The translations under genes were made by a program, and so were the position numbers. This document shows positions 25,391 to 37,794 of a DNA stretch of 64,000 nt, piece after piece. The notes beneath the pieces were generated by a model that was not told the origin of the DNA, did not search any database, and worked only from the letters and a program-made list of their open reading frames with translations. This stretch comes from Tubulanus polymorphus. Taxonomy: Eukaryota; Animalia; Nemertea. The stretch covers positions 24,762,560 through 24,826,559 of the forward strand of contig NC_134027.1 in NCBI RefSeq assembly GCF_964204645.1. The letters run 5' to 3'. How positions within the stretch are numbered: the first letter of the stretch is position 1; every line of letters begins with the position of its first letter.

Positions 25391-25769
25391 TAATAAAAAA
25401 TGAACTTATTTTTACTGCAGAGTAGCTTTTTTGAACGTTTTTCGCAAATCTATTGTTCTTGTTAATAATAGTAATATTTATAGTATTTATGAATTAATCT
25501 CGTGCGAAAAGACGAAAAACGAAATTTGTTTCCAGCCCGCCTGGAATAAACGATCAGGATGAATGCGTAGACAACTCGGGTACAGAGGTACGTCGATAAT
25601 GTTGGTGAATATGATAATGAATTGAAATACTACGAATCTAATGATATTTATATGAAAATTGTGCTCTTATACTTATACTATATCTGTGGATGTATTCTCC
25701 GTATAAATAGATTCTATTATCGAAACTGTTGTCATTGTTTCATTGAAAAGTTTCATCTGGATTGCATAG

Positions 25770-26705
25770 GAGGAGGGTTCACTGAACCAGTATAACCCGT
25801 AGTGAGGAGGGTTCACACACGAACCAGTATAACCCGTAGCCTGTAGGGTTCACACGAACCTGTATAACCCGTAGCCTGGAGGGTTCACACGTGAATCAGT
25901 ATAACCCGTAGTGAGGAGGGTTCACACGTGAACCAGTATAACCCGTAGCCCGGAGGGTTCACACGAACCTGTATAACCCGTAGCCTGGGAGGGTTCACAC
26001 GAACCTGTATAACCCGTAGTGAGGAGGGTTCACACGTGAATCAGTATAACCCGTAGCCCGGAGGGTTCACACGAACCAGTATAACTCGTAGCCTGGAGGG
26101 TTCACACGAACCAGTATAACTCGTAGCCTGGAGGGTTCACACGTGAATCAGTATAACCCGTAGCCTGGAGGGTTCACACGAACCAGCATAACCCGTAGCC
26201 TGGAGGGTTCACACGAACCAGTATAACTCGTAGCCTGGAGGGTTCACACGTGAATCAGTATAACCCGTAGCCTGGAGGGTTCACACGAACCAGCATAACC
26301 CGTAGCCTGGAGGGTTCACACGTGAATCAGTAAAACCCGTAGTGAGGAGGGTTCACACACGAACCTGTATAACTCGTAGCCTGGAGGGTTCACACACGAA
26401 CCAGTATAACCCGTAGCCTGGAGAGTTCACACGAACCAGTATAACCCGTAGTGAGGAGGGTTCACACGTGAATCAGTAAAACCCGTAGTGAGGAGGGTTC
26501 ACACGAACCTGTATAACCCGTAGCCTGTAGGGTTCACACGAACCTGTATAACCCATAGTGAGGAGGGTTCACACGTGAACCAGTATAACCCGTAGCCCGG
26601 AGGGTTCACACGAACCAGTATAACCCGTAGCCTGGAGAGTTCACACGAACCTGTATAACCCGTAGCCTGGAGGGTTCACACGTGAATCAGTATAACCCGT
26701 AGTGA
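25770..26705. repeat. 35-37-bp minisatellite, ~26 copies
   Basis: Unit GAGGGTTCACACG(TG)AACCAGTATAACCCGTAGCCTG with interspersed variants. Confidence 0.95.
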
Positions 26706-27269
26706 GAAGGAACCTTAAAAGCTTTGCAAGGCCTTCTTTGTTGAATACGTGTAAGAAATGACCATCACTACAGAAAGGTGCAGATAAAAAGGGCACGACA
26801 CTGAAATATGTGTCATCAATCCTGCGTGATATTGCCCTTTTGGATTTACCCTTAAAAGCATCTGGCTACGTGCCAAATGTTTGAGGCTAAAAATCATTGA
26901 TACCTTTTTTCTCATCTCTGCATAGATGACCCGGTAAGTATCTAGCATTACTTTTCAAAAATTCACGATCGAGCTAAATAACATACCCAGCACTTATAGA
27001 AGTTAACTGATTGCAAATGTGATTGCACATTATCTCGTCCGAGGAGGAAGGTTGATGTGGAATGATCTGCTGGAACCTTGGACCCTTAGACAAATATTTA
27101 AGGGCGAAGATTTTGAGTCCATATCTGAACACAACAGTGGAAAACAACTCGGATACACTAGATTATCGTTTACTGCAAACATAGAATTTCATCTTGAATA
27201 CGTAAATTCTAATTTCATACTGAATACTGAGGACTATCAGTTATAACGAACAGATTTTCTGGTCTCCAG

Positions 27270-27408
27270 GGGCCAGTTGCACAGTCGTGACTTAAGTCCA
27301 CAAGTGGTCTTAAAACTTAAGACTGGTCTTAAGTTGTTAGATTGTCTATAGAACTAAGTTGGTCTTAGACTGGTCTTATGTCTAAGCTATGACTATGCAA
27401 CCGGCCCC
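27270..27408. mobile_element. Harbinger-type MITE carrying one monomer of the 47-bp minisatellite
   Basis: GGGGCCAGTTGCA...TGCAACCGGCCCC TIR; interior AGACTGGTCTTAAGTTGTTAGATTGTCTATAGAAC. Confidence 0.7.
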
Positions 27409-28244
27409 TGAAGTTCGTTTTAATGAGGTTCCACTGTAGTTTCATACTGGATATAACAGTGAACTATCAACAGATTTTCTGGTGTGTGACGTCAATAGTT
27501 TTAGTCGTGCCCAATCAATCCTTCATTGAAATATAGTAATCCATATACACGTTTAGTAATCTACCGGGTGCTATAGAAATTAAATCAGTGTTACATGCAC
27601 TATTACTACTTCAATACAAAAAGTTCGTCGCCCCCTTTACATTCGATTGATCATAAATAACGTCGGGTCTTAGATTTGAACAAAAACAAAAGCTCTAATC
27701 CGTCATACGAAAAGCTGTATCAATACAATAAGATCTCAAGGGTTTATTATCAAACAAAACATTATATAGGTCAATATCCGCGCGTATAAACGCGTCTGTT
27801 CTAGACTGCCATGGAAAAAATGAAAAAATCTATCACCGGAAAAAAAAAACAACTACGTAACAACTATATGAACTGGCTTATACAGAACAATCATATATTT
27901 ATTCATCGCACGTGCCACATACAACGCGCCTGAATACTCCAGACGTTCGTCTGAATAGAGATTTATTTATATTTTGTATAATATGTTACATTATTATTAA
28001 AGATTATCTCGATTACTCGGGACCCGTCAAACTCGGGAAAAACCGGGGCCGACAAAATCCGAGCGAGGCATTTTATTGTTTCGTCTACGCGAAACGATAA
28101 AAACGAAAACGATAACAATCGTCGACCATTTTCTTTCGGTGCGAATATCTTCTAGTTTGCAGAGAAGTTTGTATGGGAATCAATCCCGACTAATAAAAGA
28201 ATCTTACTTGAAAGTTTACTGAAAATTACCGACAATATATATTG

Positions 28245-31200
28245 TATGGTGGCTGATAAGGGCCATAGCGTAAAATTCCTGGTATGTAAATGAGGGCGCC
28301 AGAACGCCAGAACGCCAAAACGAAAAAAAACGTCCAATTTTCTCTAAAAGTTCGTTTTGGCGCGCCAAAACAAAGAAAATTCCGTTTTGGCGCCCCCGCC
28401 AAAACGAACTTTCATTTTGGCGCCCCCGCCAAAACGAACTTTCGTTTTGGCGCCCCCGCCAAAACAACGAAAAACGTCCAATTTTCTCTAAAAGTTCGTT
28501 TTGGCGCGCCAAAACAAAGAAAATTCCGTTTTGGCGCCCCCGCCAAAACGAACTTTCATTTTGGCGCCCCCGCCAAAACGAACTTTCGTTTTGGCGCCCC
28601 CGCCAAAACAACGAAAAACGTCCAATTTTCTCTAAAAGTTCGTTTTGGCGCGCCAAAACAAAGAAAATTCCGTTTTGGCGCCCCCGCCAAAACGAACTTT
28701 CATTTTGGCGCCCCCGCCAAAACGAACTTTCGTTTTGGCGCCCCCGCCAAAACAACGAAAAACGTCGAAATTTCTCTAAAAGTTCGTTTTGGCGCGCCAA
28801 AACGGAGAATATTCCGTTTTGGCGCCCCCGCCAAAACGAACTTTCATTTTGGCGCCCCCGCCAAAACGAACTTTCGTTTTGGCGCCCCCGCCAAAACAAC
28901 GAAAAACGTCGAAATTTCTCTGAAAGTTCGTTTTGGCGCGCCAAAACAAAGAAAAGTTCGTTTTGGCGCGGTTATTTCCGTTTTGGCGCCCCCGCCAAAA
29001 CAAGCATTCAACCACTGTAAAATTATTTTTCAAATTGGCGCGTTGATCTTGTGTGTAATTTGCATAAATTTGCATAAATGAAAATATTTTACGTATATAT
29101 AGAATTATTTTACGTGGTTTAAAGTTCGTATTGGCGGGGGCGCCAAAACGAAAGTTCGTTTTGGCGGGGGCGCCAAAACGGAATATTCGTTGTTTTGGCG
29201 CGCCAAAACGAACTTTCGTTTTGGCGCCCCCGCCAAAACAACGAAAAACGTCCAATTTTCTCTAAAAGTTCGTTTTGGCGCGCCAAAACAAAGAAAATTC
29301 CGTTTTGGCGCCCCCGCCAAAACGAACTTTCATTTTGGCGCCCCCGCCAAAACGAACTTTCGTTTTGGCGCCCCCGCCAAAACAACGAAAAACGTCCAAT
29401 TTTCTCTAAAAGTTCGTTTTGGCGCGCCAAAACAAAGAAAATTCCGTTTTGGCGCCCCCGCCAAAACGAACTTTCATTTTGGCGCCCCCGCCAAAACGAA
29501 CTTTCGTTTTGGCGCCCCCGCCAAAACAACGAAAAACGTCGAAATTTCTCTAAAAGTTCGTTTTGGCGCGCCAAAACGGAGAATATTCCGTTTTGGCGCC
29601 CCCGCCAAAACGAACTTTCATTTTGGCGCCCCCGCCAAAACGAACTTTCGTTTTGGCGCCCCCGCCAAAACAACGAAAAACGTCGAAATTTCTCTGAAAG
29701 TTCGTTTTGGCGCGCCAAAACAAAGAAAAGTTCGTTTTGGCGCGGTTATTTCCGTTTTGGCGCCCCCGCCAAAACAAGCATTCAACCACTGTAAAATTAT
29801 TTTTCAAATTGGCGCGTTGATCTTGTGTGTAATTTGCATAAATTTGCATAAATGAAAATATTTTACGTATATATAGAATTATTTTACGTGGTTTAAAGTT
29901 CGTATTGGCGGGGGCGCCAAAACGAAAGTTCGTTTTGGCGGGGGCGCCAAAACGGAATATTCGTTGTTTTGGCGCGCCAAAACGAACTTTCAGAGAAAAT
30001 TGGACGTTTTTCGTTGTTTTGGCGGGGGCGCCAAAACCAAAGTTCGTTTTGGCGGGGGCGCCAAAATGAAAGTTCGTTTTGGCGGGGGCGCCAAAACGGA
30101 ATTTTCTTTGTTTTGGCGCGCCAAAACGAACTTTTAGAGAAAATTGGACGTTTTTCGTTGTTTTGGCGGGGGCGCCAAAACCAAAGTTCGTTTTGGCGGG
30201 GGCGCCAAAATGAAAGTTCGTTTTGGCGGGGGCGCCAAAACGGAATTTTCTTTGTTTTGGCGCGCCAAAACGAACTTTTAGAGAAAATTGGACGTTTTTC
30301 GTTGTTTTGGCGGGGGCGCCAAAACCAAAGTTCGTTTTGGCGGGGGCGCCAAAATGAAAGTTCGTTTTGGCGGGGGCGCCATAACGGAATTTTCTTTGTT
30401 TTGGCGCGCCAAAACGAACTTTTAGAGAAAATTGGACGTTTTTCGTTGTTTTGGCGGGGGCGCCAAAACCAAAGTTCGTTTTGGCGGGGGCGCCAAAATG
30501 AAAGTTCGTTTTGGCGGGGGCGCCAAAACGGAATTTTCTTTGTTTTGGCGCGCCAAAACGAACTTTTAGAGAAAATTGGACGTTTTTCGTTGTTTTGGCG
30601 GGGGCGCCAAAACGAAAGTTCGTTTTGGCGGGGGCGCCAAAATGAAAGTTCGTTTTGGCGGGGGCGCCAAAACGGAATATTCTCCGTTTTGGCGCGCCAA
30701 AACGAACTTTTAGAGAAAATTGGACGTTTTTCGTTGTTTTGGCGGGGGCGCCAAAACGAAAGTTCGTTTTGGCGGGGGCGCCAAAATGAAAGTTCGTTTT
30801 GGCGGGGGCGCCAAAACGGAATATTCTCCGTTTTGGCGCGCCAAAACGAACTTTTAGAGAAAATTGGACGTTTTTCGTTGTTTTGGCGGGGGCGCCAAAA
30901 CCAAAGTTCGTTTTGGCGGGGGCGCCAAAATGAAAGTTCGTTTTGGCGGGGGCGCCAAAACGGAATTTTCTTTGTTTTGGCGCGCCAAAACGAACTTTTA
31001 GAGAAAATTGGACGTTTTTCGTTGTTTTGGCGGGGGCGCCAAAACCAAAGTTCGTTTTGGCGGGGGCGCCAAAATGAAAGTTCGTTTTGGCGGGGGCGCC
31101 AAAACGGAATTTTCTTTGTTTTGGCGCGCCAAAACGAACTTTTAGAGAAAATTGGACGTTTTTCGTTGTTTTGGCGGGGGCGCCAAAACCAAAGTTCGTT

Positions 31201-31820
31201 TTGGCGGGGGCGCCAAAATGAAAGTTCGTTTTGGCGGGGGCGCCAAAACGGAATTTTCTTTGTTTTGGCGCGCCAAAAAGAACTTTTAGAGAAAATTGGA
31301 CGTTTTTCGTTGTTTTGGCGGGGGCGCCAAAACGAAAGTTCGTTTTGGCGGGGGCGCCAAAATGAAAGTTCGTTTTGGCGGGGGCGCCAAAACGGAATAT
31401 TCTCCGTTTTGGCGCGCCAAAACGAACTTTTAGAGAAAATTGGACGTTTTTCGTTGTTTTGGCGGGGGCGCCAAAACGAAAGTTCGTTTTGGCGGGGGCG
31501 CCAAAATGAAAGTTCGTTTTGGCGGGGGCGCCAAAACGGAATATTCTCCGTTTTGGCGCGCCAAAACGAACTTTTAGAGAAAATTGGACGTTTTTCGTTG
31601 TTTTGGCGGGGGCGCCAAAACGAAAGTTCGTTTTGGCGGGGGCGCCAAAATGAAAGTTCGTTTTGGCGGGGGCGCCAAAACGGAATATTCTCCGTTTTGG
31701 CGCGCCAAAACGAACTTTTAGAGAAAATTGGACGTTTTTTTTCGTTATGGCGTTCTGGCGTTCTGGCGCCCTCATTTACATACCAGGAATTTTACGCTAT
31801 GGCCCTTATCAGCCACCATA
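28245..31820. mobile_element. Non-autonomous foldback DNA transposon, IS3EU-like
   Basis: Perfect TIR of about 70 bp starting TATGGTGGCTGATAAGGGCCATAGCG, with its reverse complement ending at 31820. ATATTG direct repeat at 28239-28244 and 31821-31826. Interior is 144-bp tandem units in opposite orientations; no transposase. Confidence 0.85.
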
Positions 31821-32536
31821 ATATTGCTTTAAAAATTGGCAATAACTCGATATGAGAATAACATGGAAATTCAAACGGATCGCGGGACTGCCGGTGGTGC
31901 ATGGCGTACCACTGTAAGCACCGCGATGACACTCAAATCTCGCTGGTAATCCGAAGATTGATGAATCAAATACTAGCAATTGTGTAGAGCACATCCACCA
32001 CACACTATCCCACACATTGCCTTCAAAAAGAAAACTATATCTTGAAAGTTTATTGACGCCTTGAAAAATAACACATTCTTGCTTGATATCATCGAAGATA
32101 AAAACGATGGTATAATATGGAAGATATATAAACTTATTTAGACTTTGAATATTCGATAATTGACCGGCAACCAGTCTAGCGCCGATATATTGCTGACGTA
32201 GTGCACATCTTCTCAAAAATTATTATCAAAATTCATCAAATGTAAAATAAGAGTTGGGAACTATAGCTAGTCGGTTCGAAATCATAGTTCTTATATAAAT
32301 GTTTGCTCGTCTATACTTAAGGAGTCTTCAAACCCGGCCACACGGAGACGAAATCGTACTTAACAACATAAGTTCCGTCACGAAACGAAGTTCTGTTCTC
32401 GAAGCGAAACGTACTTTGATGGCGCGTTGCTGTCCCGTTGTACTTTTCGTCATGCGTGTCAGTGACCGCGTAAACTTTGAATGATGTAGAGAAATAGAAA
32501 AACAAATCTCCCAGAAAAATATGCGGTGAAAAATTG

Positions 32537-32690
<154 letters not shown>

Positions 32691-33277
32691 CTTGTGCCCT
32701 TGGTAGCATGAAATCATATCATGTCAAGACATATTTTTATTGTCTGCTTGACATTTAAAAAGAACTGTAATATCTGCAATCTGATTCGTCTCCGTTTCAT
32801 TTCTCACAAGTTTATGTAAATTGTTTTCATTCGCGTCTGTCCGGAGTGTGGCTCGTGTTACCTGTAGTATCAAAAATACGTATTTTTAGTAGTATCGATA
32901 TACAAAACCTCCAACCTTGAGCTGTTTCTTTTTAAAGCCGTTTAAAAGCCAGATAGTCTCAAGTGATTCTGACTTTTAACCAATTGCTCGGAGGGATGAA
33001 GTTCTCTTGTGCGAAAGAGCTTTGCAAAACTCTTTTCCTCGATTAGTTGCTGTTAATAATTCAATTCAATTTAAAATACTTTATCGCTCTTTAATGTAGC
33101 GATACATTATTAGATTATGTACAATAAGAAAAGGATAAATTGAATTTTCTTTTAAAGAAAATAATCATACTGAATAGAACTATATCGTTGTATTATTCCA
33201 CGTGGAACCTCGTTATAACGAACTTCAGAAGACCAAAATTTCGATTTGTTATAATACATAGCGTGGTCGAACTTTAG

Positions 33278-33604
33278 CATCCTCGCTTGCCAGGGGTCCG
33301 GTATCACTCCCGAACTCGCTTCCACCAGCCCCCTGGCCTCACGAAGCGTGATTTCATTACTGGCGCTGTTGCGCGTGACGTCATATATAGATTTGCGAAA
33401 TACTTCCTTGTTCGGTAAAACGTTCGCTGATTGGTCAATTTAACGGGAAAACCAACAGAAGTCTACTGACGGTTTGTTACAAGCGCTGTGATTGGTACGA
33501 CCGGATTCTGGTCGGCTAGTAACGACTCCAACGACTCGTGAGGTCAAGGGGTTTGGCGAACAGCTTTAGCGTAGTGGGTTCGAATCCCTTGACGGGTGAA
33601 GATG
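33278..33604. mobile_element. Non-autonomous DNA transposon with CATC...GATG termini
   Basis: Ends CATCCTCGC... and ...GGTGAAGATG. AACTTTAG direct repeat at 33270-33277 and 33605-33612. Both ends shared with 36149-36252. Confidence 0.75.
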
Positions 33605-36148
33605 AACTTTAGGCGCATTTGTTTGAAATCGGTTTCTATAAAACTATTTATATCGGTTAATTGCGTCATAAACCGGTTTGCCGTAGAGTGAACAAATGCG
33701 ACAGAACGAAGAAAAGTCGGAAATTTCCTTATTAGGCCATGTTGAAAAGTCGGTTTGATGTTGCAAACAGCTCGCAAAGCAGTTTAGTCGGTTTACGAGA
33801 ACCGTTTAGGTTTACGCTGAACAAAGATGCCGGTTTTTCCAAACCGGTTTGTAAACCGGTTTGGAAACCGGTATGAGCAAAGACGATTTTCCTTCAAACC
33901 AAACAAATGCAGACCAATGCTCGGTCAGATAGAACGGCAACCAGTCTACCTGACTAACCTGGTTCTAACCGACTGTAGGCTTTCCGCTATAAAATTGATT
34001 AGATTTTTCTTTTCTTTTGAGATGAAATCCTATCTACTATCTAATAAACCCCATATGGTAGCTCAAAAGTTGGTAGAATGATAGGCGGATAAATACCATA
34101 GTAACAATGAGCTTTTACCCTGATGCCGAAACATACTTCTCGGCAGTAGGGCATACCCCATATTTATTTTTTCCAGTTCATTTGGATCCCCTATGACAAA
34201 TCAATATCAGTTTTGGATATATTTTCACATTAACATGTTTTTTGGAAGGAGTCACATGACCCCCAAGCTGCTTCATTATTAGTTTAGAGTACCTAAATAT
34301 TTTTAGAGAAACTTCATAATATACAAAAAGGGCATCCTTTAATGCCCAATATTCCATATATGACCCCAATTTGTTGATTAAAAACGTACAAGCTACGTTC
34401 TGGCTATGGGTCATTACGGCCCCTTGGGTTAAAGTGGTAAATTTGATTTTATGGAGCGCCACCTGGTGAGTTTTCTACTAACCGATAAGGCTCATATGTA
34501 AAATTGGGCTTTTTAGGTAGCACAAGTGCTCTTAAACACATCGAAGAACTCCGGAAACACACCATCAGCAGTTCTGAAATTGATGACCGGCTAAATAGGT
34601 GGGGTCATATATGACCCGCAGGGCGTCCCAGGGTTAATTGACACTACGTCAACTATCCACTGGTTAACTGTAACCAACTCAGTGTTGAGCACCTGCAGCC
34701 CTAGTTCTTCATTGCGAACCTGCGACAACCCTTTATATCATACGTATACCAATTGGGTTCCAACCTGTTACAACCCGGTTCATACTGGGATTAGTTTTAT
34801 AGACTGGTATTAACTTTAATCCGGGGTGGGGGGCTAACTCTGAGTTAAAATTAATACCAGCATAAAGGCAGACCCAGATTTCTCAGGTTTATAAAGTTCT
34901 AAGGAATTACACTAGATGGCGTGCTAGTTTTAGAAACTCTGTCAACTAAACCATTTTGTCCAATTTACTTTGAGAATCGAGAAAAACGGTCGTTTCAATT
35001 TAAGTTCAGTAAATAACTACATTGCCTAATTAACTAATTTACGAGGCTGAAAAAATGATACCTTGTTTCTCCCGTTTGCTTAGATTTAAAGCAACCCGGC
35101 CGGCTGGCCGCCAATCTAACCGGTACATAGCATTTTTTCAAAAAAATCATGATAAATTTTACCATAACAAGACCCGGCAGCGTTAGAAATGAAATGGATT
35201 ACAAATTCTATTCCGGATACGGACATCTCCAAATAGGCTGTATTCACGTACCTATGAGACCTGAACAATACCTTGTTTTTCGAAGATAGGTTTTTGATCG
35301 ATTGTACATACAAAAATAATATACTACAGACTTCTCATCGAAATCCAGAAGAACAATATGAGCTTCTGAGCTTCATACGAGAATTCTTACCTCGATATAT
35401 TCTGAGAATGCGCTCTGGGTAATTAGAACGTTATTCAAAACTGTATGGATTGGAATATTCACGCGATGAAATCATCACAATGATGATATCAGATTTCAGC
35501 TGGTGGGAGAGCGGAGCTGTGTTTGGGCGTGGACCCACGGGTCTTGTTACATCACCATCAGATGTTCAGCGTTACCCCTGAATGAACTCTTTTAAATTTC
35601 TGCTTTTTACCGGCATTTTTTGCAATCCTTTTAAACTTGGACACTTAGATATGCTGTTTAAGGCATCTCACCCATCCACGGTGTACAAAAATGCCATTGA
35701 ATGCGTCACAGGACCTCCAAACCTTGGATCTGCACGTAAATGCGCTCCTCCCGTCTTCGACGCGGGATATAATGACAAAAACACGAAAATAAAAACTCAA
35801 ATATCTAAAATAGCAGTGACGAGTAATTAAGAAACAGTTTTAGGTGCCGTGTCGGAGGCACTATAGCTATTGTCATTTTGTGTTTTTAGTAATCAGTTTG
35901 GCTTTATAGAGGTCCATATCGGACTGATCCTACAGTTGTATCGTTCATATTGAATTCCTGACTGTCGTAAACATTTTAGTCCATTCTCAAGTCTAATCTT
36001 TCTATCAACATGCTTTTGAAGAATCAATAGACTGGTTACCGGTCTCTATCTTCGATTAGAATGGGACAGGCAACCAGTCAGAAAGAATCATCACAACTTG
36101 TAGACTGGTTGCCGGTCTCTACCTTCAGATTCTGACTGCGAATGAAGG

Positions 36149-36252
36149 CATCTTCACCCGTCAAGGGATTCGAACCCACTACGCTAAAGCTGTTCTCCGA
36201 ACTGGTGGAAGCGAGTTCGGGAGTGATACTCGTCTCCTGGCAAGCGAGGATG
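36149..36252. mobile_element. 104-bp internally deleted copy of the CATC...GATG element, opposite orientation
   Basis: Made only of the two ~50-bp ends of 33278-33604. GAATGAAGG direct repeat at 36140-36148 and 36253-36261. Sits inside a short TAGACTGG...CCAGTCTA element (36101-36291). Confidence 0.8.
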
Positions 36253-36577
36253 GAATGAAGGTGGCGAAGAATTGGACAGGCGACCAGTCTAGGTTGTTTG
36301 CGCAAATTATTCAAAACTTAGTTGGGACATAAGTCACGAGATGGCGGGCGTCTCATCGTGGTGTGGGCAGTTCGATGTTAATAAAACTCTCGTACACTAC
36401 TGCAAATCTCTTGTACCCAATAAGGTCCGGAATAGGGTTCGAGTTGAAGATCCACTAAAATTCTGTCTCCGAAAAGAAAATAGTTCACATTCCGGCACTG
36501 AATCAAACAAATTTAAGACAAAGACAACTGAATCAAACAGATTTAAGACAAAGACAAGGATCTTAAACTAATAATCG

Positions 36578-36583
36578 TTTATT
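36578..36583 (-). terminator. Candidate polyadenylation signal of the Tudor gene
   Basis: AATAAA on - (TTTATT on +) about 0.8 kb past the stop codon. Confidence 0.35.
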
Positions 36584-36849
36584 ATAAAATTCCGTATGAA
36601 AAAAACCTTGACAATGAATGAAGTATGACGACTTAATACTGAAAAGGCCAAATCTTGCACAAATAAATGAATCGGACCGGGTATGATTTATACATTTCCA
36701 GTTAACTTTTCCACATAATTCTTCTCCACATTGGACAGAAAGACATTTGATTCAGTGAATTTATATTCGGAAATTTGTAAAACTTCAAATGCAATAATAA
36801 AGCAAATTTTTAAGTCTTATAAAGCCTGGGTTGGTTCAACAGGTGTGGG

Positions 36850-37085
36850 TTTAATTTGAAATGGATCCAGAGTAAAATTAAACCCACACAACTGTGGATC
36901 TGGAGACAGAGACAAACTAAACCCACACACGACTGTGGAACTGGATCCAGAGACCAACTAAACTCATACAACTGTAAAACTGGATCCAGAGACATCATAC
37001 CAACAATTACTGTAATACTGAATCCAATCACATTAAACCCACAACTGTCTGTGGAACTGGATCCAGAATCAAATAAAACCCCCAA
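36850..37085 (+). repeat. 39-bp minisatellite, family A, in the presumed Tudor-gene 3' UTR
   Basis: Degenerate AACTGTGGAACTGGATCCAGA units. Confidence 0.75.
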
Positions 37086-37371
37086 ATTGAAAAACATATT
37101 TGTTTACAACATAATATACAGTCATCTATAATATCCATAAAAATTCAGATACGTATGGCGCTGAAACTTTCGCCCCCCCAAAAAAAACAGTTGTCAACGG
37201 TTTGCTAACCAGTACAAAGGTAAAAATTACAACTTATCAATCAATATATACACAATCTTTAAAGAGTTTGGGAAATGCAGATTTTTTGGGGGATGAATAA
37301 ACCTGAGACAAATAGTTAAATGAACACGCGTTAAGTCATCCGTAAACCGAGCGAGTCTTAAGGCAGTTTTT

Positions 37372-37606
37372 TTAACCCGGTCTAAACACTATTTCCATTT
37401 TCTGATCGTTCAGTTTTTTCGACTGCGCCGCCGCCGCCGCCGACGGATTATTCTTCGTGATCATCGACAATTCTTGATCGATCGGAATTTTGCTGCATTT
37501 CGCGAAACCTAACTCGACGAGAATCTCGTTGATGAAAATATCGTTGTTGTCGCCGGCGCTGTTCTCCGTGTCGTAAACATCGACCATCAAAACACCTTTA
37601 TTCATC
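37372..37606 (-). CDS. Tudor protein terminal coding exon
   Basis: Acceptor CGCAG|. Reads MNKGVLMVDVYDT...DIFINEILVELGFAK...VFRPG*; VDVYDT and INEILVELGFA are the typical end of an extended Tudor module. Confidence 0.92.
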
Positions 37607-37794
37607 CTGCGATCAAAAAAGAAGAAATTGTACAAAGTTTAAAATCATTCTACCTGTTTTAACCGTTTCAGTGCGATGTGCAGTGTATAAATCGATAAGG
37701 ACTTTGCTAGTATATCGCACTGCGGCGTATTGAAGTTATTAGTGAAATATCAGAAACTAACGATACACCGAAAGCACTGAAAGCGTTTTTCTCA

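Noticed and set aside
28216-31855. Long ORFs of 200-741 aa on both strands (GAPAKTNF / FWRGRQNE repeats)
   Set aside because: They are translations of a 144-bp unit (a multiple of three, stop-poor) inside a TIR element, open in several frames at once, with no domain.
33570-33590. tRNA-like GGTTCGAATCCC motifs (also near 19030, 36170, 44845 and 62800)
   Set aside because: No complete cloverleaf; these are SINE or transposon fragments.
33278-36252. Apparent 3-kb composite transposon bounded by nested inverted repeats
   Set aside because: Each end has its own TSD (AACTTTAG; GAATGAAGG), so these are two independent, oppositely oriented insertions.
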